Shown here: positions 51,791 to 64,000 of the stretch, piece after piece
Layout of the letters: every line of letters begins with the position of its first letter
Numbering within the stretch: position 1 is the stretch's first letter
Translations under genes and position numbers: made by a program
NCBI RefSeq assembly: GCF_006345805.1
Contig: NC_043007.1
Span: 63,860,001-63,924,000, forward strand
DNA from: Octopus sinensis
Taxonomy: Eukaryota
Length of the DNA stretch: 64,000 nt
Direction: 5' to 3'
Notes under the pieces: model-generated
Databases searched by the model: none
What the model was told of the DNA's origin: nothing
Seen by the model: only the letters and a program-made list of their open reading frames with translations

Positions 51791-52082
51791 ATATTCAGGG
51801 AGATCTTGGCTGGTGGGGTTTCTCAATTATCACTAGAGGTCCTTCTGTTTCAAGGGGACCACATCACTATCATCTTTTTTCTCCTTCTCTCTTTCTATCA
51901 TATGCTATGTATCCTTTCATTCTTTTATTGTATACTGTGTATACTATTTTCTTTTTTGTTTATCATTCCATTGTATATAAATCCCCACACTTTATGCCTG
52001 TCTTTGTATTGTTCCCCTCATCCTTCACTCTGGTAGCAAATAAAAGAAATCATTATTATTGTTGTTGTTGTTGCTATTGGCC

Positions 52083-53541
52083 TCTGCTGAGGTCGACTTT
52101 GCCTTTCATCCTTTCATCCAAAATTTCAGGCCTTGCGCCTTTAGTAGAAAGGATTATTAAGGTGGTAAGCTGGCAGAATCGTTAGCACGCTGGGCTAAAT
52201 GCTTAGCAGTATTTTGTCTGCCACTATGTTCTGAGTTCAAATTCTGCTGACGTCAACTTTGCCTTTCATCCTTTTGGGGTTGATGTATTAAGTACCAGTG
52301 AAGCACTGGGGTCAATGTAATTGACTAATACCCTCCCCCAAAATTTCAGGCCTTGTGCCTATAGTAGAAAGGATTATTGTTATTACTGAAATCATCATTA
52401 TGAAGGCAATGAGCTCGCAGAATCATTAGCACATTGGACAAAATGCTTAGCAGCATTTCTCCTAGCTCTTTATGCTCTGAATTCAAATCCTACCAATGTT
52501 CACTTTGCTTTCTTCGTTTTGGGGATGATAAGATAAGTACCAGTTGGACATTGTCTTATCCTCTCTCCTAAAAATTGCTGTTCTTGCACCAAGTTAGAAA
52601 GTGTTGTTATCATCATTATGAAATTAGAAGTAATATTGTTATAATGGATAAGGTGACGAGCTGGTGGAATCATTAGCACACTGGGTGAAATGTTTAGCAG
52701 CATTTTACTCTTCTTCACATTCTGAGGTTAACTTTGCCTTTCATCTTTTCAGGGTTTATAAAAAAATGTGAATTTTTAATTATTTTCTGAGATTTTACAA
52801 AAACAACAAAAATATTTTGAGTACCATTTGAGTGATGGGGTCAATGTAACTGACTTATCCCTGCTCTCAAAATTACTGGTCTTGTGCCAAAATTTGAAAT
52901 CAATATCATTATGATGGATAGAATCATTAGAATTTTGTACAAAATACCTTGTTATATATAGTTATGGCTCTTCATGTTCTGAGTTCACATCCTGTCAAGG
53001 CCAGCATTGCTTGTCATCTTCCTAGGTTTGATAAAATAAAGTACCAGTCAAGTACTGGGGCTGATATCTTGACTGACCTTCTCTCAAAGTTACTGACCTT
53101 GTACTAAATCAGAAACCGGTGAAAGGCAATGGGCCTGTAGAGTGTCAAAAAATGCATTTCAGTATTCATTCCTTACATTCTGTGTTCAAATCCTGCTGAG
53201 GTCATCTGGGGTTGATTAAAATAAAGTACCTGTCAGATACTGGAGTCAATGGTATCAACAGCTTGCCCCGCCCCTCAAAATTGTTGGCCTTATACCTAAA
53301 AAAAAACCAACAAAGAAACATTATTTTTATCAAGACTGCAAGCTGACAGAATCATTAGAGCATTAAGAAAAGATGTTTTGTATTTTATTTAATGCTCTTT
53401 GCTTTCTGAGTTTTGATTCCCCTAGGATCAGTTTTGCTTTTCATCCCTACAGTGTTGATAAAATAGAGCACCAGTTAAGTATTGGGGATGATGGTATCCC
53501 CTTCCCTCCAAACTGCTGGCTTTGTACCTAAATTAGAAACC
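52083..53541 (+). repeat. Head-to-tail array of ~7 diverged SINE family B copies
   Basis: Units of ~200-250 bp starting near 52083 (partial), 52159, 52403, 52650, 52918, 53122 and 53331. Confidence 0.85.
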
Positions 53542-55599
53542 ATTGATGTTATAATAATTAGAATGTGATAATAATGACAAAGCTGGTAAATAGCTATACA
53601 ACATCTAGTTCAATGCAATTCATGGGAAAATTGTGACCTCACTGAAAGCCTGGAAAAAAGCAATTTTTCCTTAACACTTCCTGCATATATTTTTAATGTT
53701 CTATTATATTTCCCACATTTTTATTTGTGGTCTTTGTCTACTATAAATGGATTTCTTGTGTTTTCTACTTCAAAATTTGGTATCACTTTGATATATTTGC
53801 TAGTTTTCTTTTTGAAAATAATGTAAGAAAGAAACTATAAATTCTATGGTAGTACCATTGTTGTTCTTATTTAGCCCTAGCTCAATCCTGATCAAGGACT
53901 TTGATGAAAGGTATTCCAGCTATGGCCATTCAATCTTTTTAAGGTTTTGTAGGACTGTATTATCAAAAGTGTTAAGATGGTAGGGTGAAATCTGAGGGAG
54001 ATTTAGCTGCCATTTCTCACAGATCAAGTGGCTAAGTATGGGATCCCTCATTGGCTCAGTGGTATTGCTATTGTTTCAGTTTGTGTTTACTTTGCTTTTC
54101 ATCTACATTGTGCTAAAATGTTATTTTTCTATGGAGGTTTTGTATTAGGCATTGATTTTTTTGTATAAGATTTTAATCTTAGCACTGTTAAACTTAACTT
54201 CATTCCTGACCTTTTTGTCATTTTTAAACACAGCCTCTCTCCTACCACCATCATCTCTGTTACCATTGGATCACATAATCAGTGCCTAATTAAGGTAATT
54301 CAACTCTATGCCATTCTGTTACATAAAAACTACCTTCTAAATCCTTTACTACTTGATGCTTACTATTTTTATGCTGACCACTCTTGGTATAATATTTACT
54401 TCACTTGTGAAACGGCTGAATGACTGACAGCATCTTTCTTAGAATGCCTCCCTACATCCCTTACACAATCAAATCCCACAACCATAAAATCTTTCATTCG
54501 TTTACTCATAGGTGTACAGTCAAAGAATACAGCCTACAACATATCTGCCATGATCAGAAACCCTTTGGTTGGTTTCAGTTTTGAGTTCTCAGCTTCTTAA
54601 CTAGCAGTTGGGATTTTCTTTATATACTTCTGATTTGCTCAGTCAAATATCTCAGCATGGCAATTTTGTTGTACTGTATTTACTTCAGTTATTGGTGTTT
54701 TAAAAATATTTTCCGATATTTCTCTATCTTTCTCACAAATGGCTGTTATTTCAGTTTCAGTTTTTAAGCTGTCAGCTTAATTGTAGATGGAAAATAGAAT
54801 TTTTTTTTTAGTTTTGTTTACATTTTATAAGTTATTTTTACTAATTTGTATTCATTTTCTTAAATAGATATTTTTGTAATGCTACAGTGAATGGTTAATG
54901 ACAGAGAGGTGGGAGGTCTTTCCCACCTCTTTGTGTTCAGCTAAATATAATATTTCTATGTCAGCTTTTTAAGAGATATATTTTAAATTCTGATATTCAT
55001 TTCTTTGTTTATCTATCTAATCTTGCAAATTCATTTCACTTCCAGTTAATATTATCACTGTAATTATTATTAGAACAAATAAGGTATTGATTCCTATTAT
55101 ACCTATTTCCTTATTTTTTTACATTAATTTCAATTCTAAATATTTATCCAATACATCTATAATATTTTATTCAAATTTTAGCACAAGGCCAGCAAATTTG
55201 AAGGAGCAGCTAAGTCAATTACATTGGCCTTGGCACTCAACTGATACTTATTTTATCGATCATGAAAGGTGAAGTTGACTATGACGGAATTCATGTGTTG
55301 ATTATCACACTATAGCATGTATGTCTGCAAATAACTTCGTCTTGTATTTAGGTTAAAAGAATCCAGTGCCAGACAAAAGAAGATGTGGGTATCCTTAGAA
55401 TTTTTAGTTTTCTAATTGAATTGATTTTGTTTTTGTAATTCTTTCTTTTGTTTGGGTCTATACCCTTACTCCAGCATGTTTGATGTACCTACTTATTATT
55501 GGTACTGCTTTTCTCATACCTAATGATTCCAAACTCTATAGATGGAGAATTTTATGATAATCAATCTGCATCATACCCAGGCCCATTTTCATCATCCAC

Positions 55600-56450
55600 A
55601 GTCTTCAGTTATAACTTTGTTGCTCCACATGAACCTCTGGAACACTCTTTCTGTTCTTCAGAAAAAGGCTGAGTGGTGATGGGAAATTGATGCCAGTTGA
55701 GTACTTTACCTTTGGAACAAAACTGATGCTGAAGCATTGTATATTCTAGACTAGTTGGTTAACATTCTTTTTTTTTTTTTTTTTTTTCTGTTTCTGAAGA
55801 GTTGTTAAGATTTTTTCCTTTGCGAACAATTTAGATGTTTTTGCTTCTTTTCGTAAATTGTTGGCTATCTTTGCAAGTACTTTGTGGGTTGGTATTTGTT
55901 TGATATTTTGGCAAGAATTTTGGTACTTTGGCAATCTGTCTGCTGTCTATACTAATTCCCCAAAGTTTTATACTTCTTGTATTTGGCACCATTTGGGTTT
56001 TTTTATTTTCAATTTTACTTGATTCTTGGTAAAATAATTTTGGTTGGGGGATGAACTGTTTGCTTTGTTCAAAAAATGTTCAAAAAAGCATTACTGGTAT
56101 TTATAATAATGAAGTCTTTGTGATTTTTCAATCACTTTGACTTGATTTCAGATGATATTTTAGGGGGAAATGTTTTATATTTCTGCAATATTTTTCATTT
56201 ATGCGTTTTTGTTATCAATCTCAATAGCCATTTTCTAGTCTTCTCTGTGTGGTTTTCCACATTATTTTGTTAGGTTTTAGATCTTCCTCTATGAGAAGAT
56301 AACCACTTTCCTTTGTGATACCATTGCTGTTGCATAGATTAGTTGATTTATCCTGCTGATATTGATTTTCACATTTGTTTCAAATGTATCTATGATGGCA
56401 CAGTTTGATTTTTTTTATTGTTACTGTTATTTTTTCATTAAGTTTTATAT
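55600..56450 (-). mobile_element. Decayed Dong/R4-like LINE N-terminal region
   Basis: Minus-strand NQLIYATAM near 56320-56350 and downstream W..R-like motif; otherwise degenerate. Confidence 0.4.
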
Positions 56451-57598
56451 TTGGCAGGGTCTTTCATTAGTCCAGAAAAAGATTTATTGATTTAATTTTT
56501 TTTAACTATTTCCATCTGTAGATTATTGTCATATTAAAAATTTCTAACTTTAGATCTTTCTACCCTTAAACCTTTGTTTTTTTATATCCATTGGTGTTTA
56601 TATTTTTATTAGTGTAGTTCTGATTCAGTTTTTGTTGGTCAATATTCTGTAGCTGTGCTGGAGTTTGTTTTTGTAGGGTTTTGTTGTTTCATTTATTTGT
56701 TTCATTTTTGTCTATCTCTCTGATTTATGTTTTCAATGCTTTATTTTTGTGGTTTGTATTTTTGCAGTTTTGTATTTTCATTGTGTATTTATTTCTGTAT
56801 CTGAAATATTTTCAATTTTTAGTATCTTCTTAAATTAGCTAGTCGGTTGGAATCCAAATTTACAGTTAGATGAGAGCTTTTTGTTCATTGTTGGTTTCCA
56901 TTTTTGCAAATATTTCATGTATGTATTCCATCCTTCATGTGGTCTCTCTTTTGCTTTGCTAGCTGTAAAGCAATCCCAATAGTACTGGTGCCATGAAAAA
57001 TACCCAATACAGTTTGTGATTGGTTAGTTATCAATTTAAGCAGCAACAGCACAGGGTTTGAGAGGGCTCTTTAGTTTGCATATGGCAAAGCAGCCTCTAT
57101 AGTGCTGGTGCTGCAAAAAGTGCACCTAACATTGCATAAAATGGTTGAAGTTGGGAAGAGCATCCAGCCATGGAAATCATGTAAAAAAAAGACATTTAAG
57201 TGAGATGTGATCTGCCAGCATATAAAAAAAAAAAACAGTTGTAAAACAGGCATGTAGTTAAGAAGTTCATTTCAGAACCATATGGTTCTGTGTTTGTTTT
57301 CATTGTTTGGTATCTTGGGCAAGTATATCCTATCATACTTTTCAGATGACCAATTGAGTTGCTGTAAGTGGAATTTGGTCAATAGAAATAATACAGGAAC
57401 CTGTTACATATGCCCACACATAAATATTGCTTGTTGTTATGTTCAGACAAGTTAACTTCACTATTGACTATTAGGGAAGAACTCCACAATATATGGAGAT
57501 AAACTCAGTAATTAACATAGAAATGGCATGATGCAAGACTGAAATGTGTAAACTAAACAGTAAATGCTGTTAGTTAACTCCATTCTTTGATGTTCTTT

Positions 57599-57644
<46 letters not shown>

Positions 57645-57646
<2 letters not shown>

Positions 57647-58167
57647 CATCATCATCATCATCCTCGTTTAACATCCGCTTTCCATGCTAGCATGGGTTGG
57701 ATGATTTGACTGAGGACTAGCGAACCAGATGGCTGCACCAGGCTCCAATCTTGATCTGGCAGAGTTTCTACAGCTGGATGCCCTTCCTAACGCCAACCAC
57801 TCCGAGAATGTAGTGGGTGCTTTTACGTGCCACCGGCACGAGGGGCAGTACTGGCAATGGCCACACCCAAATGGTGTTTTATTTTTACATGCCATCTGCA
57901 CACCGGCACAAGTGCCAGTAAGGTAGCGATCATGCTCAAATGGATGCCAGTTAGCTGCCCTGGCAACGATCACACTCAGATGGTGCTCTTAGTGCTCCAC
58001 TAGCACGGATGCCAGTCATCGAATTTGATTTCGATTTCACTTGCCTCAACAGGTTTTCGCAAGCAGTGTCCAATGAAGGAAAGGTACGCATAAGTGGGCT
58101 GGTTACACCCTTGGCATAGGCCACAAGGTTATGTCCTCATTTTGCTTGCCAGGTCTTCTCAAGTACA

Positions 58168-58170
<3 letters not shown>
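57645..58170 (-). mobile_element. RTE 3' fragment
   Basis: Same 3' UTR as 15550-16085. Confidence 0.85.
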
Positions 58171-58202
<32 letters not shown>

Positions 58203-58226
58203 CACACACACACATATATATATATA

Positions 58227-58410
58227 CAGGGGTTGGACAAAATAATGGAAACACCTTAAAATTTCAAACAAATTTATTTTAATATGGGGAAGGACTGCCT
58301 TTGGCAATAATTACAGCTTGAATTCTATGAGGTATGGACTCATACAAATTTTGAATTGTTTCCAAACGAATTTTTAACCATTCTTCAGCTAAAACTATCT
58401 CTAAATTTCT
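58227..58410. mobile_element. Tc1-like terminal fragment
   Basis: TA|CAGGGGTTGGACAAAATAATGGAAACACC. Confidence 0.65.
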
Positions 58411-58755
58411 CTCATAACACTAATCTAGACTGTATACATATGCATGGCTATAGATGCAGGCATAGCTATGTGGTTGAGATGTTTACAGCTCTGCCACATG
58501 GTTTTGTGTTCAATCTCACTGCACATCTTCTACTATAGCCCTAGGCCAACAGCTCCTTGTAAGTAATAGACAGAAACTAAAAGATCATTTGTCTATCTGT
58601 ATATGTATGTATATATACAGAAAAGGTTCGATGAATTTTTTTTTTCATCTGGTGAATAGTAGTGCAAAATGATAAAAAGAAAGAAAATGCAAGGAGATTT
58701 TATGTTGGACAATACACACACACACACTCACTCACACAAATAAAATATACATATT

Positions 58756-58887
58756 TGACTAAGAAGTTAGTGCTAATGTTACAATTTCATGCTATCATAA
58801 GAAGTTTCCCTTCCATATTAGCAGAAGGAAGGATATAACTTCTTATGATAGCTTGAAACTGTAACATTATCACTAATTTCTTAGTCA
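58756..58887. repeat. 51-bp inverted repeat with 30-nt spacer
   Basis: 58756-58806 vs 58837-58887, 4 mismatches. Confidence 0.9.
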
Positions 58888-59029
58888 TAATTAGCACAGG
58901 CAAAACCAGTTGATTATGTAAATATATTATTTTATAAAAATATATGTAAATATTTTGTCCAAAATATAATTTCTGTGCATTTTTCTTCTTTTAATATTTT
59001 TCACTGTGTATATCTTGTATCTTTGATCT

Positions 59030-59395
59030 GTTTCAGTTCATTAGTCTGCGGCCATGCTGGGGCACCACCTTGAAGAACTTTTAGTCAAATAAATTGACGC
59101 CAGTACTTTGCTTTTCTTTTTAAACCCTGGTACTTATTCTATTATTCTTCTTTTGCTGAACTGCTAAGTTACAGGGATGTAAATAAACCAGCTCTAGTTG
59201 TCAAGTGGTGGTGGGGGATAAATACACACACACACACACATGATGGTTTCTTTCAGTTTCCCTCTACCAAATCCACTCACAAGGCTTTGGTCAGATCTAG
59301 GCTATAGTGGAAGACACTTGACCAAAGTGCCACACAGTGGGACTGAACCTTAAACCATGTGGTTGGAAAACAAGCTTTTTACCACACAGCCATGT
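59030..59395 (-). mobile_element. SINE family A, full length
   Basis: Similarity to 14833-15212. Confidence 0.85.
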
Positions 59396-59400
59396 CTATA

Positions 59401-59436
<36 letters not shown>

Positions 59437-59439
<3 letters not shown>

Positions 59440-59538
59440 TCATCATCATCATCATCATCATTGTTTAACGTCCGCTTTCCATGCTAGCATGGCTTGGATG
59501 GTTCAACTGCGGTCTGGGAAGCCCGAAGGCTGCACCAG
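59437..59538 (-). mobile_element. Short RTE 3' tail
   Basis: (CAT)n tttaacgtccgctttccatgctagc...ggctgcaccag. Confidence 0.8.
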
Positions 59539-59557
59539 ACACACACACACACACATA

Positions 59558-60398
59558 CAGGGTGAATGAAAAGTAAGCAGGCATTAAAAATTGGTAGTAA
59601 AATCTATATTCTGTTTACAAATTTATTGAAAGAAATGATACATGTTTGTTATTACATGGGAAAATGAAAGTAAATCTTCATATTTCAATGTAAGCACCGG
59701 TGGCATCAATCAGTTTCCTCAAATGGCCAGGGATGGAATGAACCTCCTGAATCTGTGTCTCTAAGTCCTCCAGTGTGTGAGGTTTTGTCTTGTACTCCTC
59801 CTCTTTTGTGTAATTCCACAGGTAAAGATCACATGAAGTGAGATCTGGACTTCTGGACTTCTGCAGTCACAGTCTTCAGGTTTTAGCTCCTGCATATAAT
59901 AGGGCTTCCACGGACGAAAATTCAGTTCTTTAGGCAACACCATATGTACTGTGTGTCTTGTTAGTCCACTTTCGCAAGCTGCTTGACGTGATAATTTTTG
60001 AGGGCTGTGATTAAACATTTCCTGCACTGTTACCATGTTCTCTGCTGATTGGGATGTGGTTGGACAGCCACTTTTTGTATCGTTCATAGAGCCTGTGGTC
60101 ATCAGCTTTGCATGACAACTTTTTATTGTCTCTGGATGTAGTGTTGCATGCTTACCTTTCTATGCACACCACCATCTCTGAACCAAAACAATGGAATTCC
60201 ACACTTCATAGTGTGCTGCTATCTTAGGTCGCTCCTGACCAGTCAAGTGACTAGCCATCTGGAAAATAAGAAATATGACAATAAAATAAGAAATCCCCAT
60301 TAGTGTTGTCTGTTTAAAAAATGATTTCGTCATGACTTCAATGATATTAAAAATTATATAAGCAATTTTTAATGCCTAGTTACTTTCCACTCACCCTT
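59558..60398 (-). mobile_element. Internally deleted Tc1/mariner (rosa/DD41D-like) element
   Basis: ~37-bp TIRs (cagggtgaatgaaaagtaagcaggcattaaaaattg) with TA TSD; ORF TGSMNDTKSGCP..KELNFRPWKP..QELKPED..RSP. Confidence 0.85.
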
Positions 60399-60999
60399 TA
60401 TGTGTGTGTGTTGTGTGTGTGTGTGTGTGTGTGTGTCTATATGTTTGTTTTTTGTTTCCATGTGCTATTGTTTGTACAATAGATCATCAGGCAATGCTCT
60501 TGTCAGTTTCCCCTTTCAACAAATCGAGTTACTTTGTGCCTTTTTGTGGTGGAATAAGTGATCCTACACTTAAAAAACAGGGAAGAGTCTGCATCAGGAA
60601 GGGCATATGGTTGTAGAACAATGCTTCAAATAATATATTTGTCTATGCAAGCATAGAAAAATGAATGCAAAATGAATAAACACACACACACACACATGCA
60701 GTAATATCATCATCATCATAATTTTATGCCTGTTTTATCATGCTGAACAAGTCTCATAGCATCTCACAACTTGTTGCACTCCTTTGTCATCTAGCATACA
60801 CGACTACAGATCAAAATAGGCCATGTGTATGTCACTTTATTTTGGCATGATTTTTAGGGGTTGGATGCCCTTCTGAAAGTAAAGGAGGTTTGTTACTTGT
60901 GTAGGTATTACTAAAATCAGGGAATGATACAATTTAATCAAATCATGTTAAGATTGTCCTGTTTAATGATGATTCCTACCGGGAAAAAATGTAACGCCA

Positions 61000-62130
61000 T
61001 CCACGAGGAGCTACGACAGGGCCAAGTCACTGACTTCATTGAGTACTTATCTTGGATACCCTAAAAAAAGAAATATACATGCTCCCATAGTTCAAGCTTG
61101 TACAAGGATGATGACAATCTCAAGCTACATGAATGGCTATGCTATGGATAAGTTCAATAAGAATCTTAAAAACATCTTCAAAGAATTCAGCCTAACCATA
61201 ACTATTATCCTAACTCCACCAACTTAACAAAGGTTAACTTCCGTGATATAATCTTAGATCTTAAGACAGGCAATTACTACCCTTACAGAAAACCTAGTGA
61301 GGAAATTGTTTATACTCAATGATACTCGAGCACCCTTCATCTGTAATTTGAAATTTAGTCATTGGTTTCAGTAGAAGAATCTCCAAGAGAGAGAGATTGA
61401 AAAGGATTGCACCTTATTATAACAAGGTGCTTGTGAGGTGTGGCTTTACTGATAAGTTAGTAGATATGAAGGATCTCCCACTCCCAAACCCAAGGAGAAT
61501 TAGAAAGAGAAAGCTAATCCAGTTTAATCCTCTATTCAATCTAGAGGCTTCCTAATTCTAATTAGACAACATTTCCTAAGAACTTATAGATATCATAAAC
61601 TTTAATTCCCATAACATCAAGATTAACTACTCATGTTTAAATTATCTCACTTCCAATATTGCTTGTTACAAGAGAGGCAAACATACATCCACACAATCTT
61701 CTCCCTACATTCCAATCTATAACTGTTAGCATCTTATCAACTGACCATTGAATCCTTTTTTTCTATAGAATTATCATTATATTATGTAGTGGCATCCTGA
61801 GACACTACATTGGCATGATGGCCAATAACTTTAAGGGAAGATTCATGCAACACATGCACTCTTTCGGATGTACCGTTTCATCTGGAAAATGAGATAATGA
61901 AAATAACTCCCCCAACTTTGCATGGGGCATCTTTAAAACGGTACCCTACCTTACCTGGAATTCATAATTGCTAACCCTGCCTCCATAAGAAATTGCACAT
62001 TTTCCATCACTCTGTAGGAAAACTGACCTATCCTAATGCTGCAACCAAACATGTCCTGTTAATGAATTCCAAACCATTAGTTGCTGATAACCCAGATATA
62101 TTACCATAGAAATAGCAAGCCCATGCACAA
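61000..62130 (+). mobile_element. Decayed Penelope-like element (RT C-terminal half plus GIY-YIG)
   Basis: SYD; KNIFKEFSLTITI; KVNFRDIILDLKTGNYYPYRKP; RKRKLIQFNPLF; HYIGMMANNFKGRFMQHMHSF. Confidence 0.8.
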
Positions 62131-62519
62131 TGGTAGTGTATAATCCTTAATATATGTGGAGATTACAGCCTACTGTCATATCCAGCAGACATAATGATCA
62201 CACAGACTTATATGTAACTTGACACCATCCAAATTGGTTAACTCCCCACATGATAACTAAATGGGTTGAAGTGCCACACCCTGCAGAACAAGGGCTGACA
62301 CCAACATCCTGTCTTTTTTACCACATAAGGTATTTGATGAAAGAACTGATTATGCTAAGACAGGTAAAACAATTGCTTGACCTGAAATGCCCACTGAAGG
62401 CCTAAATACTCTCACCTAGAAGCCATATTAAATTTCTTTTAAATGCTCTTCACTCTGATTCTGAACATCTTATAAAGTGGATGTGCTCTAAACCCATGTA
62501 ATCTTTAATAAATGTATGT

Positions 62520-63177
<658 letters not shown>

Positions 63178-63287
63178 ATATATATATGTATGTATGTATG
63201 TATATATATATATGTAGATATATGTATGTATATAATATGTATGTATATATATATATGATGTATATATATAGTATGTATATATATATG

Positions 63288-63327
<40 letters not shown>

Positions 63328-63480
63328 TATGTATGTATATATATATGTATGTATATATATGATGTATATAATATATATGTATATAATTATATATATATTA
63401 TATATATATATGTATTGTATATATATATATGTATATTATATATGTATGTAGATATATATATATATGTATATATATGTATG

Positions 63481-63515
<35 letters not shown>

Positions 63516-63668
63516 GTATGTATATATATATGTATATATATATATATATCTATATGTATATATATGTATGTATATGTATATATGTATATATTATATATAT
63601 TATATATATGTATATATATTATGTATGTATATATATATATGTATATATTATATATATATATATATATC

Positions 63669-63705
<37 letters not shown>
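63178..63705. repeat. (TA)n/(TATG)n tract
   Basis: Direct reading. Confidence 0.95.
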
Positions 63706-63708
<3 letters not shown>

Positions 63709-63719
63709 TTTTCTTTCTT

Positions 63720-64000
63720 GTTTCAGTCATTTGACTGCGGCCATGCTGGAGCACCGCCTTTAGTCGAGCAAATCAACCCCAGGACTTATTCTTTGTAAGC
63801 CCAGTACTTATTCTATCGGTCTCTTTTGCCGAACCGCTAGGTGACGGGGACGTAAACACACCAGCATCGGTTGTCAAGCAATGCTAGAGAGACAAACACA
63901 GACACACAAACATATACACACACACATATATATATATATATACGACAGGCTTCTTTCAGTTTCCGTCTACCAAATCCACTCACAAGGCTTTGGTCAGCCC
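63720..64000 (-). mobile_element. SINE family A (runs off the window end)
   Basis: gtttcagtcatttgactgcggccatgctggagcaccgcc... Confidence 0.9.

Noticed and set aside
52083-53541. Regularly spaced repeats suggestive of a CRISPR or tRNA gene array
   Set aside because: Eukaryotic context; units are ~200-250-bp diverged SINEs with no unique spacers and no cloverleaf

Overview
AT-rich eukaryotic genomic DNA with no intact host gene that I can support. It is most likely an intergenic or large intronic segment of an Octopus/cephalopod genome; this is inferred from repeat-family style, not from a database search. The window is a mosaic of decayed mobile elements: RTE, Dong/R4, Hero-like, CR1-like and Tx1-like non-LTR fragments; three Penelope-like (RT/GIY-YIG) remnants; four tRNA-headed SINE families; mariner/Tc1, hAT, Merlin-like and Helitron elements; and one solo LTR. 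There are also multi-kilobase (TA)n/(TATG)n tracts at about 41.4-47.5 kb and 62.6-63.7 kb, which generate the spurious Tyr/Ile ORFs. Most interesting are two unrelated hammerhead-ribozyme motifs, each present as a divergent inverted pair (3257-3582 and a perfect 73-bp-arm palindrome at 32254-32410), several other fold-back structures, and a C4HC3 PHD-like finger embedded within the reverse transcriptase of the RTE family. End coordinates of decayed elements are approximate.
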